Shown here: piece by piece, positions 25,136 to 37,669 of the stretch
How positions within the stretch are numbered: position 1 is the first letter of the stretch
How the letters are laid out: each line of letters begins with the position of its first letter
Source of the DNA: Octopus bimaculoides
Lineage: Eukaryota
Direction of reading: 5' to 3'
Length of the DNA stretch: 64,000 nt
Assembly: GCF_001194135.2 (NCBI RefSeq)
Contig: NC_068983.1
Coordinates: forward strand, 9,317,037-9,381,036
The notes under the pieces: model-generated
Told to the model about the DNA's origin: nothing
The model's database searches: none
What the model saw: only the letters and a program-made list of their open reading frames with translations
Made by a program: the position numbers and the translations under genes

Positions 25136-25319
25136 GGACAAGATCATTTATTAAATCATTAATATTTTAAAGACTATAGACATTGTTTCATAGTGATTTA
25201 ACTGCTAGTCCTGGTAGGTCGTAGGGCAAGTTAGAGAGTCCTTTGTTGTTTCTGAATTTCTGCAGTGTTTGAAAGTAATCGGTAGTGTATAACATAATAC
25301 TTCCTATATCATGACAACC

Positions 25320-25480
25320 ATTGTTAGTCTGTGTATGTCTCCGTAACCTAGCAGCTTGGTAAAAAAAATGGGATCGATAAAATCAATACAATACTTTAGC
25401 CATAAGTAGGGCGATCGATTTGATTGACTTAAACCGTTGAAGGCGATGCCCCCAGCATGAGCATTGTCTAACAAGTACTA
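25320..25480 (+). mobile_element. SINE family B 3' half, strongly diverged
   Basis: CTCCGTAACCTAGCAGCTTGG...GGCGATGCCCCCAGCATG resembles the family B tail. Confidence 0.55.
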
Positions 25481-25659
25481 AAGTAGACAAAAACATACCA
25501 AACTAGAAATAAAGTATATTATATAGATTTCATTAAACTCATGAAATAAGACAAATATCAATGTATTCTCAGTTGTAAAGTGTATATATATATATATATA
25601 TATATATATGTTTGTATATATATATTTAAATACAATAGTAATGTTTCTGCAATCTAATC

Positions 25660-25915
25660 TGCTCAGTGAAAATTCCAAAATTCATGTCATCTGCTGAAAC
25701 GTAGAAATGGGTGACTCGAATTAATCCAAATTAGATATGCAGACGACAGTGAACGATATGCAGACGACTGTGGACGATATGCAGACGACAGTGGACGATA
25801 TGCAGATGACAGTGGAGTTACGAATTACTAAACATTGTCGAAACTTTATGAATATTCTACTCGCCTGTGTTAGTGATAGGAAAAACACCAAAATTCATCA
25901 GTAAACATTCAGAGG
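25660..25915 (+). mobile_element. Decayed RTE-like LINE RT fragment containing a 4x tandem 21-bp repeat of the RYADD motif
   Basis: IRYADD(S) x4 at 25734-25816, then ELLNIV and KNTKI..ISK, matching the RT motif order NIRYADDTVL...QELLNIV...KKTKVMVISK. Confidence 0.65.
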
Positions 25916-26713
25916 ATAATAGTGGGATCTATGGTAGTAAGGCTTTTAATAGTGAGGTATGTAATAGTGTGGCATGTATATATAGATACATACATACATA
26001 TATACATACATAAAGATGTACTTAAAATACGTTATAGTGATGATTTCAGAAGTAGGTAACTCTATAAAACGTTTAGAGCAATATGTGTGCGTGTGTGATT
26101 GTGTCTGTGTATGAGTTTGTGTCTGTGTCTGTGTGTGTTTGTGTGTCTCTGTGAGTGTCTGTGTGTGTGTATGTGTTTGTGGGTTCATGTGTGAGTGTAT
26201 CTGTGTGTGTTTGTGCGTTTCTATGCGTGTGTATATACTAAATTTACTTCTGTAGATTTCCCATATAATTCAGAGCCTGTATGTATGTATGCATGCACGT
26301 ATGTAGGTAGGTATATGTGTATGAATGTATGCGATTGTGTCTGTAAGTATACTTCGCTTTGTGAAGTCGATAGGGGATGATATGAGAGAAGTTTAGGGAA
26401 TGATTTGAGAGATCTCTCGTCTTCGATTTGTTACGATCTGTATATTTCCTATGTATTGTGTATCATATATTCATGTTGTTAAATTCATAGCAGTAATATG
26501 ACAGAGCTTGTTCCATAAAATTATCTATAAATCATATATTGTCTAACACTTGTTTCATTCTGTTAAAAATCATTGTGTTGTTCTTTCATAGAGAAAAATA
26601 TAAAGACATTTTATAGTTAAGAATGTTTATAACCCGCATTTTATATCTATACAGTTATCTATTTCTGGAAGTTTTTATGTGAAATTAAGTAACAAATTTC
26701 ATTATTTCAACAG

Positions 26714-26747
26714 ACAGAAGACATGAATCATATGCTTCGAATTAAGA
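26714..26747 (+). CDS. Candidate small internal exon of an unidentified host gene (TEDMNHMLRIK)
   Basis: Acceptor TTTCATTATTTCAACAG and donor GTAAGT around 34 nt with one open frame, in unique AT-rich flanks. No homology recognised. Confidence 0.4.
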
Positions 26748-26961
26748 GTAAGTCATTATTTTTAAATAATAAAACTTTTTCAAGTCTTTTCGTATTTATA
26801 TGCTACGATGTTTAAGTTGAATTCTCGAATTGTTATATTATTTCTCTCTATATTGTTTTTTTAGTGTTTGCTGTGTGTAGGATTATAGACGATATACATA
26901 TATACATGCATAAATATATACATACATTTATATATATATACTTACACACACACACACACAC

Positions 26962-26994
<33 letters not shown>

Positions 26995-27016
26995 TACACA
27001 CACACATATATATATA

Positions 27017-27275
27017 CAGTGTGCGATGAGTAAATTGTCGCCATCTTATATCTTTAATTTCAAGCATGCATATTGTTTGTTTTTGATCTTGTCGACAACA
27101 CAGTATTGTAGGGTCAGTTGGGCACTATCTCTGAGACGAAAAAACACCGAAACGCAATTCAGTCTGCCAGAAATAAGGAAACGATATATTGTACTGCTTA
27201 GCCGTCGCACCGGAAGCACCAATATGAACATTTCAGAATGTTTAGTTGTCAATCTGAGGAGATGTACCGAGAGCG
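27017..27275 (+). mobile_element. 5' fragment of a Tc1/mariner-superfamily DNA transposon
   Basis: TA-CAGTGTGCGATGAGTAAATTGTCG terminus. The peptide QFSLPEIRKRYIVLLSRRTGSTNMNISECLVVNLR resembles a paired-like HTH N-terminus of Tc1/mariner transposases (recalled similarity, not searched). Confidence 0.5.
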
Positions 27276-27315
27276 ATAAAAATCAAACAGCGACAACAGA
27301 TGCTGAGATTTTCTT

Positions 27316-27876
27316 TTAACTTGGGCAGCAATCAAAAGCCACAAAGGTCAATGTCTCAGCAGTAAGGAAGATAAATGACAGTTTTGAATCCCATCTGCAA
27401 AGTACTCTTCGTTGACTGTCCAGGCAGATGAAACCCAGTCGATGTAGTTGATGCCCTTCCTGTCGAAAAAGGGAATCGGTATGAGTTTCCTGGTACTTAC
27501 TTTGCTTGGCCTCTTCTGCCAGTGTAAAACAGAGACTTGGCTCATACAAGTTATTCCATAAGCAATCTGGAAAATTCCATTAACTTCTGCAACGTTTTTG
27601 CCCAGTTTAACACAAAAACATTATTGCATAACGATCAACAAAACTGGATTCGCCCCAAGACTTGCATTTTATAAACTAGTCATTGGTGACAAGCCATGTT
27701 TAATAGGGTGTGCTTACAGTGTTGTCATTACTCGTCATCTCCAATATGGAAAAAGAAAAGTTGGCAGGTCAGATTATTAGATTCATAGTAAGTATACAGT
27801 ACAAATACAATAACACAGGACAGTTGTAACTGCCTCTCCTAAATAGTTTCAATACTTCTGGAATGCACTTCAAATA
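27316..27876 (-). mobile_element. Internally deleted mariner remnant
   Basis: The minus strand reads CVKLGKNVAEVNGIFQIAYGITCMSQVSVLHWQKR (HTH N-terminus) fused in frame to KLIPIPFFDRKGINYIDWV...TVNEEYF (catalytic-domain start). A TIR-like end lies at about 27850-27876. Confidence 0.8.
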
Positions 27877-27992
27877 TACGTGCGTATGTGAGTGTGTGTG
27901 TTTGAAAGTGAGAGATTGTGTGTCTGTTTGTTTACATATGTATGTATGTATGAATGTATGTATGTATGTATGTATGTATGTATGTATGTATA

Positions 27993-28090
27993 CACCTTCT
28001 CGACTTACGACGGAGTCCCGTTCCGACTGACAAGTCGTAAGTCGATCTGGTCGCATGTCGGATTAGTATTTTTAACATTATTTTCGTTCA
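27993..28090 (+). mobile_element. Possible pogo/Tigger-type terminal fragment
   Basis: TA-CACCTTCTCGACTTACGAC...GTCGTAAGTCGA with a perfect 12-bp sub-terminal inverted repeat (28000-28011 / 28034-28045), typical of Tigger-like ends. The other end was not found. Confidence 0.45.
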
Positions 28091-29116
28091 AATGCAACTG
28101 ATGCTTGAAAGCGGCTGAGTGAGAGACTGTGGCGGGTAGTGAATGTCTGGGTATGAGGGAGGCCTGCGTTGCCAGATCCTGCCATAGTTACCGTACGTGC
28201 AGCTGCCCAGCTTCCGAAATTCGATTTATTTATTTATTTATTCATTTTGTTTTTATTTTCTTATTCCTTGCGGTGTTAAGTCAAGTCGAAGGTGTATGTG
28301 TACGTAGCCAGAAGAACAAGCACGTATCTAGGTGTTGAGCAAGGTATATATATTTTCTATGCCGTACGTATGGGTGAGATTGGCATTATAGGGGAAATAT
28401 ATAAAATGAAACATGTGTTCATAATAAGACAGCTTAGACAAATCAGGAACGAAACAGAATTACAGAGTATGGAACATTTTTATGCGTCTACAATATCAAA
28501 TCATAGCAAGCGACAGGTATCAGCAATGAAATTTCCGTAGGGTTTAGACATGTCAAACAAAATTAGAAGAAACTCGGTAACTCAGACAAATAGTCTATTC
28601 ATAGTTATTTAACTGTAGGAATATGTTGCTTTTGAAAAGGATATATTACATATTTAAACGGGGTTAAACCACAACAGCTGAAAACAGAAACCTGCATATC
28701 ATACGAGCTTCATTGCTGTGAATGTAACCTAGTTTAGCTTGATCAATGGTATTGTATTCAAGAGACAACTGTTAAGTTTATTTGAGTTGTGGATAATATA
28801 GATTATAAATGGATAAAGTTACTGGTCTCTTTCTTTTTCCTTTCTGTCTTTGTTTCTTTCTTTCTTCCTATCTCTTTCTTTCTGTTTGTCTTTCTTTCTC
28901 TCTCCCACCATCCCTCTCTCACTATCTCTCTATCCCCTTTTCTACTTCTCCATATTTCACTTTGTAAGGAAGGTTATTCTATTACTGAAGAACTCTTAAG
29001 ATAAAGAAGAAAAATAAAACCATATCGGACCCAGTTTTCCTCTTTTGCAGATATTACACAGAATTTGTATTTACTTATTATTACGGGGTCTGATGTTGTT
29101 TGTTTAAGCTATACAG

Positions 29117-29287
29117 AAGGCGACGAGCTCGCAGAATCGTTATCACCCTGGACAAAATGCTTAATGGCATTTCGCCGAGGTTTACTTTGTTTTTCACCCT
29201 TTCAGGGTCGATAAAATAAGTCCTAGTTAATGACATCGACTTAACCCCTCCCCCGAAACCGCTGGCTTTGTTCCAAAATTTGAAAGC
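29117..29287 (+). mobile_element. SINE family A, internally deleted
   Basis: AAGGCGACGAGCTCGCAGAATCGTTATCAC...GGGTCGATAAAATAAG. Confidence 0.75.
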
Positions 29288-29529
29288 TATCTAAGCTCCA
29301 CATATTCTCATTACAACAGATTAAGAGGAACAGGCATTTTTATGTGGCTACGCTGTTCCCATATCAACCGGGTAGTTTTGGGCGAAGTCACACAATGCGA
29401 CACATTGAGCGTCTTCTACTATAACCTTGGACTGATCAATGCCGTGTGAGTATATTTAGTAGAAAGAAATTCTGTTGAAGCCTGTCATATATGTATATAT
29501 GTATAAGCATAAAGATCTTTTCCGTGTCA

Positions 29530-29750
29530 TACACACTCATAGGGCCCGTTCCCCAGCTTCCATGGTGTATATATTCTAAACTGGATGGGTCGCTGGTCTG
29601 TCATAAGATTACTCAATATAGCCAGCCAGGGTGGATTGGAATAACGTGAAATCAAGCGTTTTGCTCGAGAGCACAATACATTGCTCGGTACAGGAATCGA
29701 AACAACAATCTTACGATCGTGAGTCCAACACCCTAACTACGAAGCCACGA
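29530..29750 (-). mobile_element. tRNA-headed SINE (family D head)
   Basis: GGATTGGAATAACGTGAAATCAAGCGTTTTGCTCGAGAGCACAA...GGAATCGAAAC..CAATCTTACGATCGTGAG, similar to 15070-15187. Confidence 0.65.
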
Positions 29751-30547
29751 ATGTCTACCGCTTGTATATAGTGTGTGCGTGTGTCTGTGTGTGTATGTGT
29801 ATTTGTGTGTGTGTGTGTGTGGGTGTGTGTGTGTGTGTGTGTATTTGTGTGTGTGTGTGCGCGCGTGCATGTACGTGTGTGTGTGTGTATGTCTGTCTGT
29901 CTGTTTACATTTCCGTAACATACCGTTTGGCAAAGGTGTCAGCGTATGAAAAAGTTTAAAAAGAAATTATGGGGTTAGTTAATTCGACCAACGCTACAAG
30001 GTGTAATCTCAATATACCTCTAGTCACATTTAGTGACATTTGTAATTCTTCTTTTGTGGTGAAACATTGCAAAGCGTTCTTTATATTAATTTCATATACA
30101 CACATTAGCGAATCGCTAAATCATCCAGTTATTTGCATGATGAAAACAAATACTAATGGCGAAGCGAGTCCGGAAAAATTCCAAAACAATAAAGCGATCT
30201 TAACCGATGAGGCAACGGAAATTGCCGTAAATGACGCGTCACTATAAAGAATTCTCGATCGGCACTTTTCGGACGATCATGGTCCATGTTAATGTATATG
30301 CTTTCATTTATATGCGTTTACTACAGCATTACAGCGGTTTAGCTCTAATTTCTAGCAATGTACGTGTTTCCTAACAGCCTTGTGACATTTGTAATTCTCC
30401 CTTTTGGTGAAACATTGCAGACTGTTACATATATATATATATATGTGTGTGTGTGTGTAAACGTGTGTGTGTGTACGTGAACGTGCGTGTGTGTGTGTGT
30501 GTAAACGTGCGTGTGTGTGTATAAACGTGTGTGTGTGTGCGTGTGTG

Positions 30548-30960
30548 TGGTTTTCTACTCCTTATACGGAGTTTGACCACCGCCTGTATCTACACCTTAC
30601 AACCATCATGGTGTCTGATGCGTCTTTTTAAACCAGACAATATTTTGAAAAGATACCCACATAAATAGCATATCCGATTGGACCACCAAGAGCTGCAGGT
30701 AAGTCCTGATCTTTGCGAATCTTGAAATGTCTTTTGAGGCATCCGTTAGATTTGCTGATCTTCCGGCATACATTGTATTGAAAGGTGTGCACAGACATAT
30801 AGGCACTATAGTTGGTGGGGGTTCGTTTTCCATAGATTCGCAAATGTTTTGGTGTCGGTTTGGTGTCTGGAATGGGATAGCTTACCTCAAGGCCAGGTAG
30901 AAGATTTTTAACCACAGTTGGTATTCTACATTGGTTGGTATTCTACCAAGAAGAAGAAAT
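30548..30960 (-). mobile_element. 3' end of a LINE-like element with two degenerate C2H2 zinc fingers
   Basis: Finger 1 (30715-30777) YNVCRKISKSNGCLKRHFKIR and finger 2 (30608-30670) CYLCGYLFKILSGLKRRIRHH, then a stop, about 40 nt of tail and a (CA)n tract. A second copy lies at 2926-3073. Confidence 0.65.
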
Positions 30961-31053
30961 CTCCAAAATAAAACCTGAGGCCAACAGGTGGGGGTAGTGC
31001 AGTGCAAGCTACACCCATTGAAAATTATTCATATATATATATATATATATATA

Positions 31054-31131
<78 letters not shown>

Positions 31132-31613
31132 AACATAAAAGCATTTAATGTATGTGTGTATAAATAAATGTATATAGAGAAACTCTCAAACACACACACA
31201 CACACACATACATCAATTCACAAATGACAAACAGGTAGGAATTACGTTACAATTTACATTAGCTTACTTAATTTACCGCTGATTCTGCTATAAGAAGCAT
31301 TTCGCTCAGAGCTGAGACCTTATGCAACGAAATTAAGTTTATCTAATTGTTTTCCGAAATAAGCATATGCTTCATTTTGATGGCTCCGAGGAAGCTATAA
31401 TGTGTTGAACAAGAACTCCACTCTGGCTGCAATGCTTCTCATGAAGGAAACCGCTGGAAGCTTGTGAGGGCGATTGCATAACTGGAGTTCTTGTGTCGTT
31501 CATTAATTGATAATACGTTCTTTACCCTCCTGGCATTTTACACTAAAGTATAAATATATTGTGTTCTAACATCGGATTATTACTATCGTTATGCCTAAAC
31601 AAAATTATAGATA

Positions 31614-31614
31614 T

Positions 31615-31652
<38 letters not shown>

Positions 31653-31710
31653 GGATAGATAGATAGATAGATAGATAGATAGGCAGACAGACAGACAGAC
31701 AGACAGCCAA

Positions 31711-31757
<47 letters not shown>

Positions 31758-31758
31758 T
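31614..31758. repeat. (GATA)n/(GACA)n microsatellite
   Basis: Read directly from the sequence. Confidence 0.95.
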
Positions 31759-31767
31759 AGTTATGTT

Positions 31768-32155
31768 ACTTACCAGCCACATGGTTCCTGGTTCAGTCCC
31801 ACTGCGTGGCACCTTGGGCAAGTGTCTTCTACTATAGCCTCGGGCCGACCAAAGCCTTGTGAGTGGATTTGGTAGACGGAAACTGAAAGAAGCCCGTCGT
31901 ATATATGTATATATATATATACATATATATATGTGTGTGTATATGTTTGTGTGTCTGTCTTTGTCCCCCTCAACTTCGCTTGACAACCGATGCTGGTGTG
32001 TTTACGTCCCCGTAATCTAGCGGTTCGGCAAAAAGAGACCGATAGAATAAGTACTAGGCTTACAAAGAATAAGTCCTGGGATCCATTTGCTCGACTAAAG
32101 GTGGTGCCCCAGCATGGCCGCAGTCAAATGACTGAAACAAGTAAAAGAGTAAAGA
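31768..32155 (+). mobile_element. SINE family B, 5'-truncated, low divergence
   Basis: CCACATGGTTCCTGGTTCAGTCCCACTGCGTGGCACCTTGGG...AAATGACTGAAACAAGTAAAAGAG. Confidence 0.9.
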
Positions 32156-32176
32156 GAGTATATATACATACATATA

Positions 32177-32477
32177 TGTTATCTAAATATGTCTCTCTGC
32201 CTCTACCTCTCTCTCTTCTCTCCCCACGTAACCGGTGTTCGGCCAAGCCTGACCTTTCTCTCTCGGTTCGGCCGTCATCCGTGCAACATCTCTATTCCTC
32301 CCTGTGCCTGTGAAATATTGTATCCCTGCCGTAAGGCTTTACTTCCACACACGCCAGCTTAATTTAATTCGTCCTTAGTTGAAAGACACCTGATGTTATG
32401 TCCTGTTATTTGTATTTGTATAACATTCTCCGTTGTTTTCCGTCCTTCTTCTCGTATACATTCGCTGTTTTCTAACA
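32177..32477. mobile_element. LTR-like segment (TGTTA...TAACA termini)
   Basis: 301-bp GC-richer island starting TGTTATCT and ending TTCTAACA. No target-site duplication is visible. Confidence 0.35.
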
Positions 32478-33377
32478 AGGAATCTAATGTTCTTAGCCTG
32501 GTTTTTTTTCTTCAGCTGACTAGATTGGAGCAATCTCGAGTAAAACCAGCTGAAATTCTAAAGATAATCTGGAAATCGACTAAAGAAAGAAAACTCCGAA
32601 TGACCCGACCTTGTATATATGTGTATGTATGTATGTATGTATGTATGTATATATGTATGTATGTATGTATGTGTATGTATGTATGTATGTATGTATGTAC
32701 TTATGTAAAACACATTCTCTATCACAGATACACGTGTTCTGTCACACACGCTGTCTATATATACCTATCTGATGAGGTCCTAATAAATATAGAAACTAAT
32801 GAAAATAGGCGAAATTTTGTACGCGATTATATAACAAAAATAAAAATTATGGCCTCGCCTTATATTTTTCTTAATTTTTACCACAACAGTGGGGCTTAAA
32901 TCTAATCTCTATTCAAAGGTATACCTTACATAACATCACAGTTCAAATTTAAATCTACTGTCACGAAGCAACATGTTAAAGATAGAAAACAATGGCGGAA
33001 AATTAATTACCTTCCTCTGTCGTATACTAATAATTTTTCTTTACCATTATGTGAAGTTAAATGTAAGTTGGCAGTTGCCTAATTTCTTCGGAAGTTTTCC
33101 ATGAGGCTAAGTTATAAGCTTCATTATATTTATAGACAGAACTCATGAATCAGATACGTTAGATCGGGATTAACTCATTATTTTCATACACTAATTCTTT
33201 TAATTTTTTTTTATATTGGTAAAGTTAAATTATCAGAATGTATTTCTGAGTAATTTCTATTCTTTCGGCTCTCTATGGTGCAGTGATATATAAGTTTACA
33301 TATACGAAATTAAGTGTATATGTACTATGTATATATGATGCATGTAACTATGCATGCATGCATGTATATATATATAC

Positions 33378-33414
<37 letters not shown>

Positions 33415-34071
33415 NNNNNNNNNNNNNNNNNNNNNNNNNNNNNNNNNNNNNNNNNNNNNNNNNNNNNNNNNNNNNNNNNNNNNNNNNNNNNNNNNNNNNN
33501 NNNNNNNNNNNNNNNNNNNNNNNNNNNNNNNNNNNNNNNNNNNNNNNNNNNNNNNNNNNNNNNNNNNNNNNNNNNNNNNNNNNNNNNNNNNNNNNNNNNN
33601 NNNNNNNNNNNNNNNNNNNNNNNNNNNNNNNNNNNNNNNNNNNNNNNNNNNNNNNNNNNNNNNNNNNNNNNNNNNNNNNNNNNNNNNNNNNNNNNNNNNN
33701 NNNNNNNNNNNNNNNNNNNNNNNNNNNNNNNNNNNNNNNNNNNNNNNNNNNNNNNNNNNNNNNNNNNNNNNNNNNNNNNNNNNNNNNNNNNNNNNNNNNN
33801 NNNNNNNNNNNNNNNNNNNNNNNNNNNNNNNNNNNNNNNNNNNNNNNNNNNNNNNNNNNNNNNNNNNNNNNNNNNNNNNNNNNNNNNNNNNNNNNNNNNN
33901 NNNNNNNNNNNNNNNNNNNNNNNNNNNNNNNNNNNNNNNNNNNNNNNNNNNNNNNNNNNNNNNNNNNNNNNNNNNNNNNNNNNNNNNNNNNNNNNNNNNN
34001 NNNNNNNNNNNNNNNNNNNNNNNNNNNNNNNNNNNNNNNNNNNNNTATATATATATATATATATATATAGG

Positions 34072-34129
<58 letters not shown>

Positions 34130-34301
34130 TGTATGTATGTTTGTATGTATGTAACATCCGTATATAAAATACAGTGTTCTATTATTTTCTATTCCTTTGT
34201 TTCTCATTTATATTGAGTTAAATTCTAACACTTTACAATAAAAGACTGGTAAAATAAAAACGGGTGATACACTTAATCAGCAGAGAAATTTGCACAAATA
34301 T

Positions 34302-34338
<37 letters not shown>

Positions 34339-34890
34339 CAATACATGCACACTTATACACACACATACACGCGCACTCACAACAAACGCGCGAGCGCGCA
34401 CACACACAATCACACACACACAGAGGTACATACATACAGAGAAACACACACAGAGGCGGAGTTCTTCATTTCTTGGCAATTGTGTCAAAACACATTTGTA
34501 TTGGTTAGTCACAGTTTCCATAGAAGTTTTCACTGCGTTTCTTTAACTTACATAAGTACACCTACCTCTCTACATACATACATACATACATACATACATA
34601 CATACATACGCATGGGCATTTCCTCGTAAATCTCACCTATGTGTTTTTTGCAGATGTGCCATGTTGCCCTTTAGGGAACTTGTGGAGATAAATGCTGCCT
34701 CGTCCTACAGCCTAATGTAAACATGTTTAGATTTTAACAATCAAATATTTTTAGGAGAAAGGATATTATGAAAGTAAGTGTTAGACATAGAGATAATAGA
34801 CTGAGTATGTGTGTATACATATCTATACATCTATGTATGAACGTATATGTGTGTGTAAGTATATGGGAATATGTGTGCATATATTCTTTT

Positions 34891-35124
34891 ATCCTTTTAC
34901 TTGTCTCGGTCGTTTTGACTTTGGTCATGCTGGAGCACCACCTTTAGTCGAGCAAATCGACCCCATGACTTATTCTTTGTAAGCCGAGTACTTATTTTAT
35001 CGGTCTCTTTTGCCGAACCGCTACGTTACGTGGACGTAAAGACACCGGCATCGGTTGTCAAGCGATGTTGGGGGTGACACAAACGAACATATACACACAT
35101 ATACATATACACACAAATACATAC

Positions 35125-35220
<96 letters not shown>

Positions 35221-35383
35221 GACGGGCTTCTTTCAGTTTCCGTCTACCAAATCCACTCACAAGGCTTTGGTCGGGTCTAGGCTATAGTAGAAGACACTTG
35301 CCCAAGGTGCCCCGCAGTGGGACTAACCCGGAACCATGTGGTTGGTAAGCAAGGTACTTACCACACAGCCACTCCTGCGCCTA
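34891..35383 (-). mobile_element. SINE family B, full length, with expanded internal (TA)n
   Basis: CCTTTTACTTGTCTCGGTC...ACCACACAGCCACTCCTGCGCCTA. Confidence 0.9.
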
Positions 35384-36599
35384 CATATATACATACACAC
35401 ACATATATACACGCCTATATATATATATACATATAAAAATATACACATATATACACGCCTATATATATACATATAAACATATACACACACGTATATATAT
35501 ATATGCACTTAAACATATGTACAAAGCACGCACACACACAGACATATATATATTTATATGTGAAGCAGTGGATGTTGTATGAATAGATATATAAATCTAT
35601 GAACAATGAACAATGCAAAACCCACCATTGTGAAGTTAACTAGAATTTAGTTATAAGGAGAGAAAGTAAGACAGAATGCTTTATGTATTCTTTTGTCATG
35701 GAGATCGAAAATTGGTTGTTTCTTAGATTGCAATGCTTTACAAATTTGTGATTCTTGTGCACAGCAGCTTGACGATAGTAACCAACAAGTATTTACTGTA
35801 AAGCAAAAAGCAGATCTGATTCAAACTATATGTTTTGGGGTTTTTTCTCTTTTCATTTTTTTTTTTTTTTTGCCTGGCAATATGGATAGCTTATTTCAAG
35901 ACTATGACATTAAAAACAGTTTGCAGAAAATATACTTTATGGAATAAGTAGGAACCACTTTCTTTCTTATTTAGAATATATTCTTTAGGCGAATTAAATA
36001 TATACGAGTTCGATTTCATTCTTGCATTTCATGTGTTTATCTGAAGGGTAAATAATTTGAGAAGCTGTCTCTAGCATATTTATTATATCAAGGCTTCTAA
36101 ATATGTCATTTTGGTGATTTTCTAAAAAGAACGAAAGAGCATTATTCGTGATTACCACTGAAATATTACGAACTTTATAATAAGGGAGGGAGCCAAATGG
36201 TATTAAATATTTGTATTTTCATCCTTTATTTTCTTATTCTTTAATTGCTAATTTAAACTTCTAATCTCACTAAATATTTTCAAGAAATTATTACCTCCTT
36301 TGTATTAAATCTACACCAAAAGATACCACGTGTTCTAAGTATATCAAGTATAAACAAAAGAGTGAGATACGCGACTGTTTACGTAATTTTCATTGTGATT
36401 GTGTTTTAGTGTTATTCAAGGTGTATCTGCTAGTATGCTCACACACATATATATACGTATATGCGTCTGTCTCTCTCTTTATATATGTATGAATTGCGTG
36501 TGCCGATGTACATACTGGGGAGAAATTACTCAATACATTTGCAAGAGTTTCTTTATTCTGTCAGTGTTTAAAGTTCTATTTTATTTCGACAGGATGAAT

Positions 36600-36705
36600 T
36601 ATGAACTTTCGACAAATATGTGAGGACTGGTGCATTGTCCTGATGCAGGGGCCTCAGTGGAAGAGTTCTGTTGTTTGCGACAAAATCACTTCCTGAACTG
36701 CCACA
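36600..36705 (-). mobile_element. Mariner transposase remnant (second catalytic Asp region)
   Basis: The minus strand gives QFRK*FCRKQ and LHQDNAPVL, matching the mariner HQDNAPxH motif. Confidence 0.6.
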
Positions 36706-37340
36706 TATATGTGTATGAATAGGCCGCTTGTTTTATATTATTAAGCGTTATTGTACTCAATACTCAATATTCTCAATACTGGGGTTCAGTTATATAAATA
36801 TTAATAATTGGGATTTATAATTGCTGTACACCATCCTCCTTAAATATCAAATTTTCTTCGACAAAGGGCTGTAACGAAATGCATTTCACTAGGAATGTGT
36901 CAAGATTCTTTGTGTCCTATTAGTTTTTGTTCTTGTTATTGTGGTTTGGGATTTGTTATTTTATAGTTATTATGAGCCTTTTACATCACTGTAGTAAAAT
37001 CTGATTCGTTCTCAGATAAGGTTGTGTAGTCTTCAAAGTATAACTTCCTACATGGCCTTGAGTTCAAACCCTTGGCAGTGTCCAGTAAAGCCAACCCTAC
37101 AATGATCAATAACAGCAGTGATGGTTAAAAAATGTTCATAAATCACTTCTGTGGTCATGTGCTCTCGTCAATTCTTATTTTCAATCTTTCTCGTATAGAC
37201 TTCTTGAGGAAATATTGCATACATAATGCTAGTTATTCCACACGGTCCGGTCCATTTTCCGAGTTGGTGACCTATGTCTCATGATGAGCGTGAGAGCTAA
37301 CTGTACAGGTTAAAGAATATGGTTCTGGCTAATACTGGTT

Positions 37341-37549
37341 TCAAATTTTAGCACAAGGCCAGCAGTTTCGGGGGAGAGGGTAAGCCGATTACATCAACCC
37401 GAGTGTTCGACTGCAGCATATTTTATCGACTCCGAAAGGATAAAAGGCAAAGCAGACCTCGGCAGAATTTGAACTCAGAACGTAATGACAGACAAAATGC
37501 CGCTAAGCATTTTGCCCGGTGTGCTAAAGGTTCTGCCACCTCGCCGCCC
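37341..37549 (-). mobile_element. SINE family A
   Basis: Reverse-complement family A with tail variant 2. Confidence 0.85.
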
Positions 37550-37669
37550 TGGTAGAGGGGAAACTGTATGGAAATACATCATATATAAATATTCTGAGCA
37601 TAACGGCGCACGCACGTGAGTGTGTGTGCGCGTGCGCTCGTTTTGCCGTTTGTGTATGGAACCCTACAC

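Noticed and set aside
24695-25162. Leu/Phe/Ser-rich ORFs resembling membrane proteins
   Set aside because: They are translations of a degenerate (CTT)n/(CT)n tract.
30690-30704. Perfect CAG/GTAAGT donor on the + strand
   Set aside because: It lies antisense within the zinc-finger LINE-like remnant and recurs in the other copy (2947-2960), so it is repeat-derived.
32765-32800. CTGATGAG...GAAAC, hammerhead-like words
   Set aside because: No helix II, III or I pairing can be formed around them.
36593-36619. Apparent 27-nt exon (TTATTTCGACAG...AAATAT/GTGAGG, MNYELSTN)
   Set aside because: It overlaps a minus-strand mariner remnant (LHQDNAPVL), so the splice-like signals are probably incidental; exonisation is not excluded.
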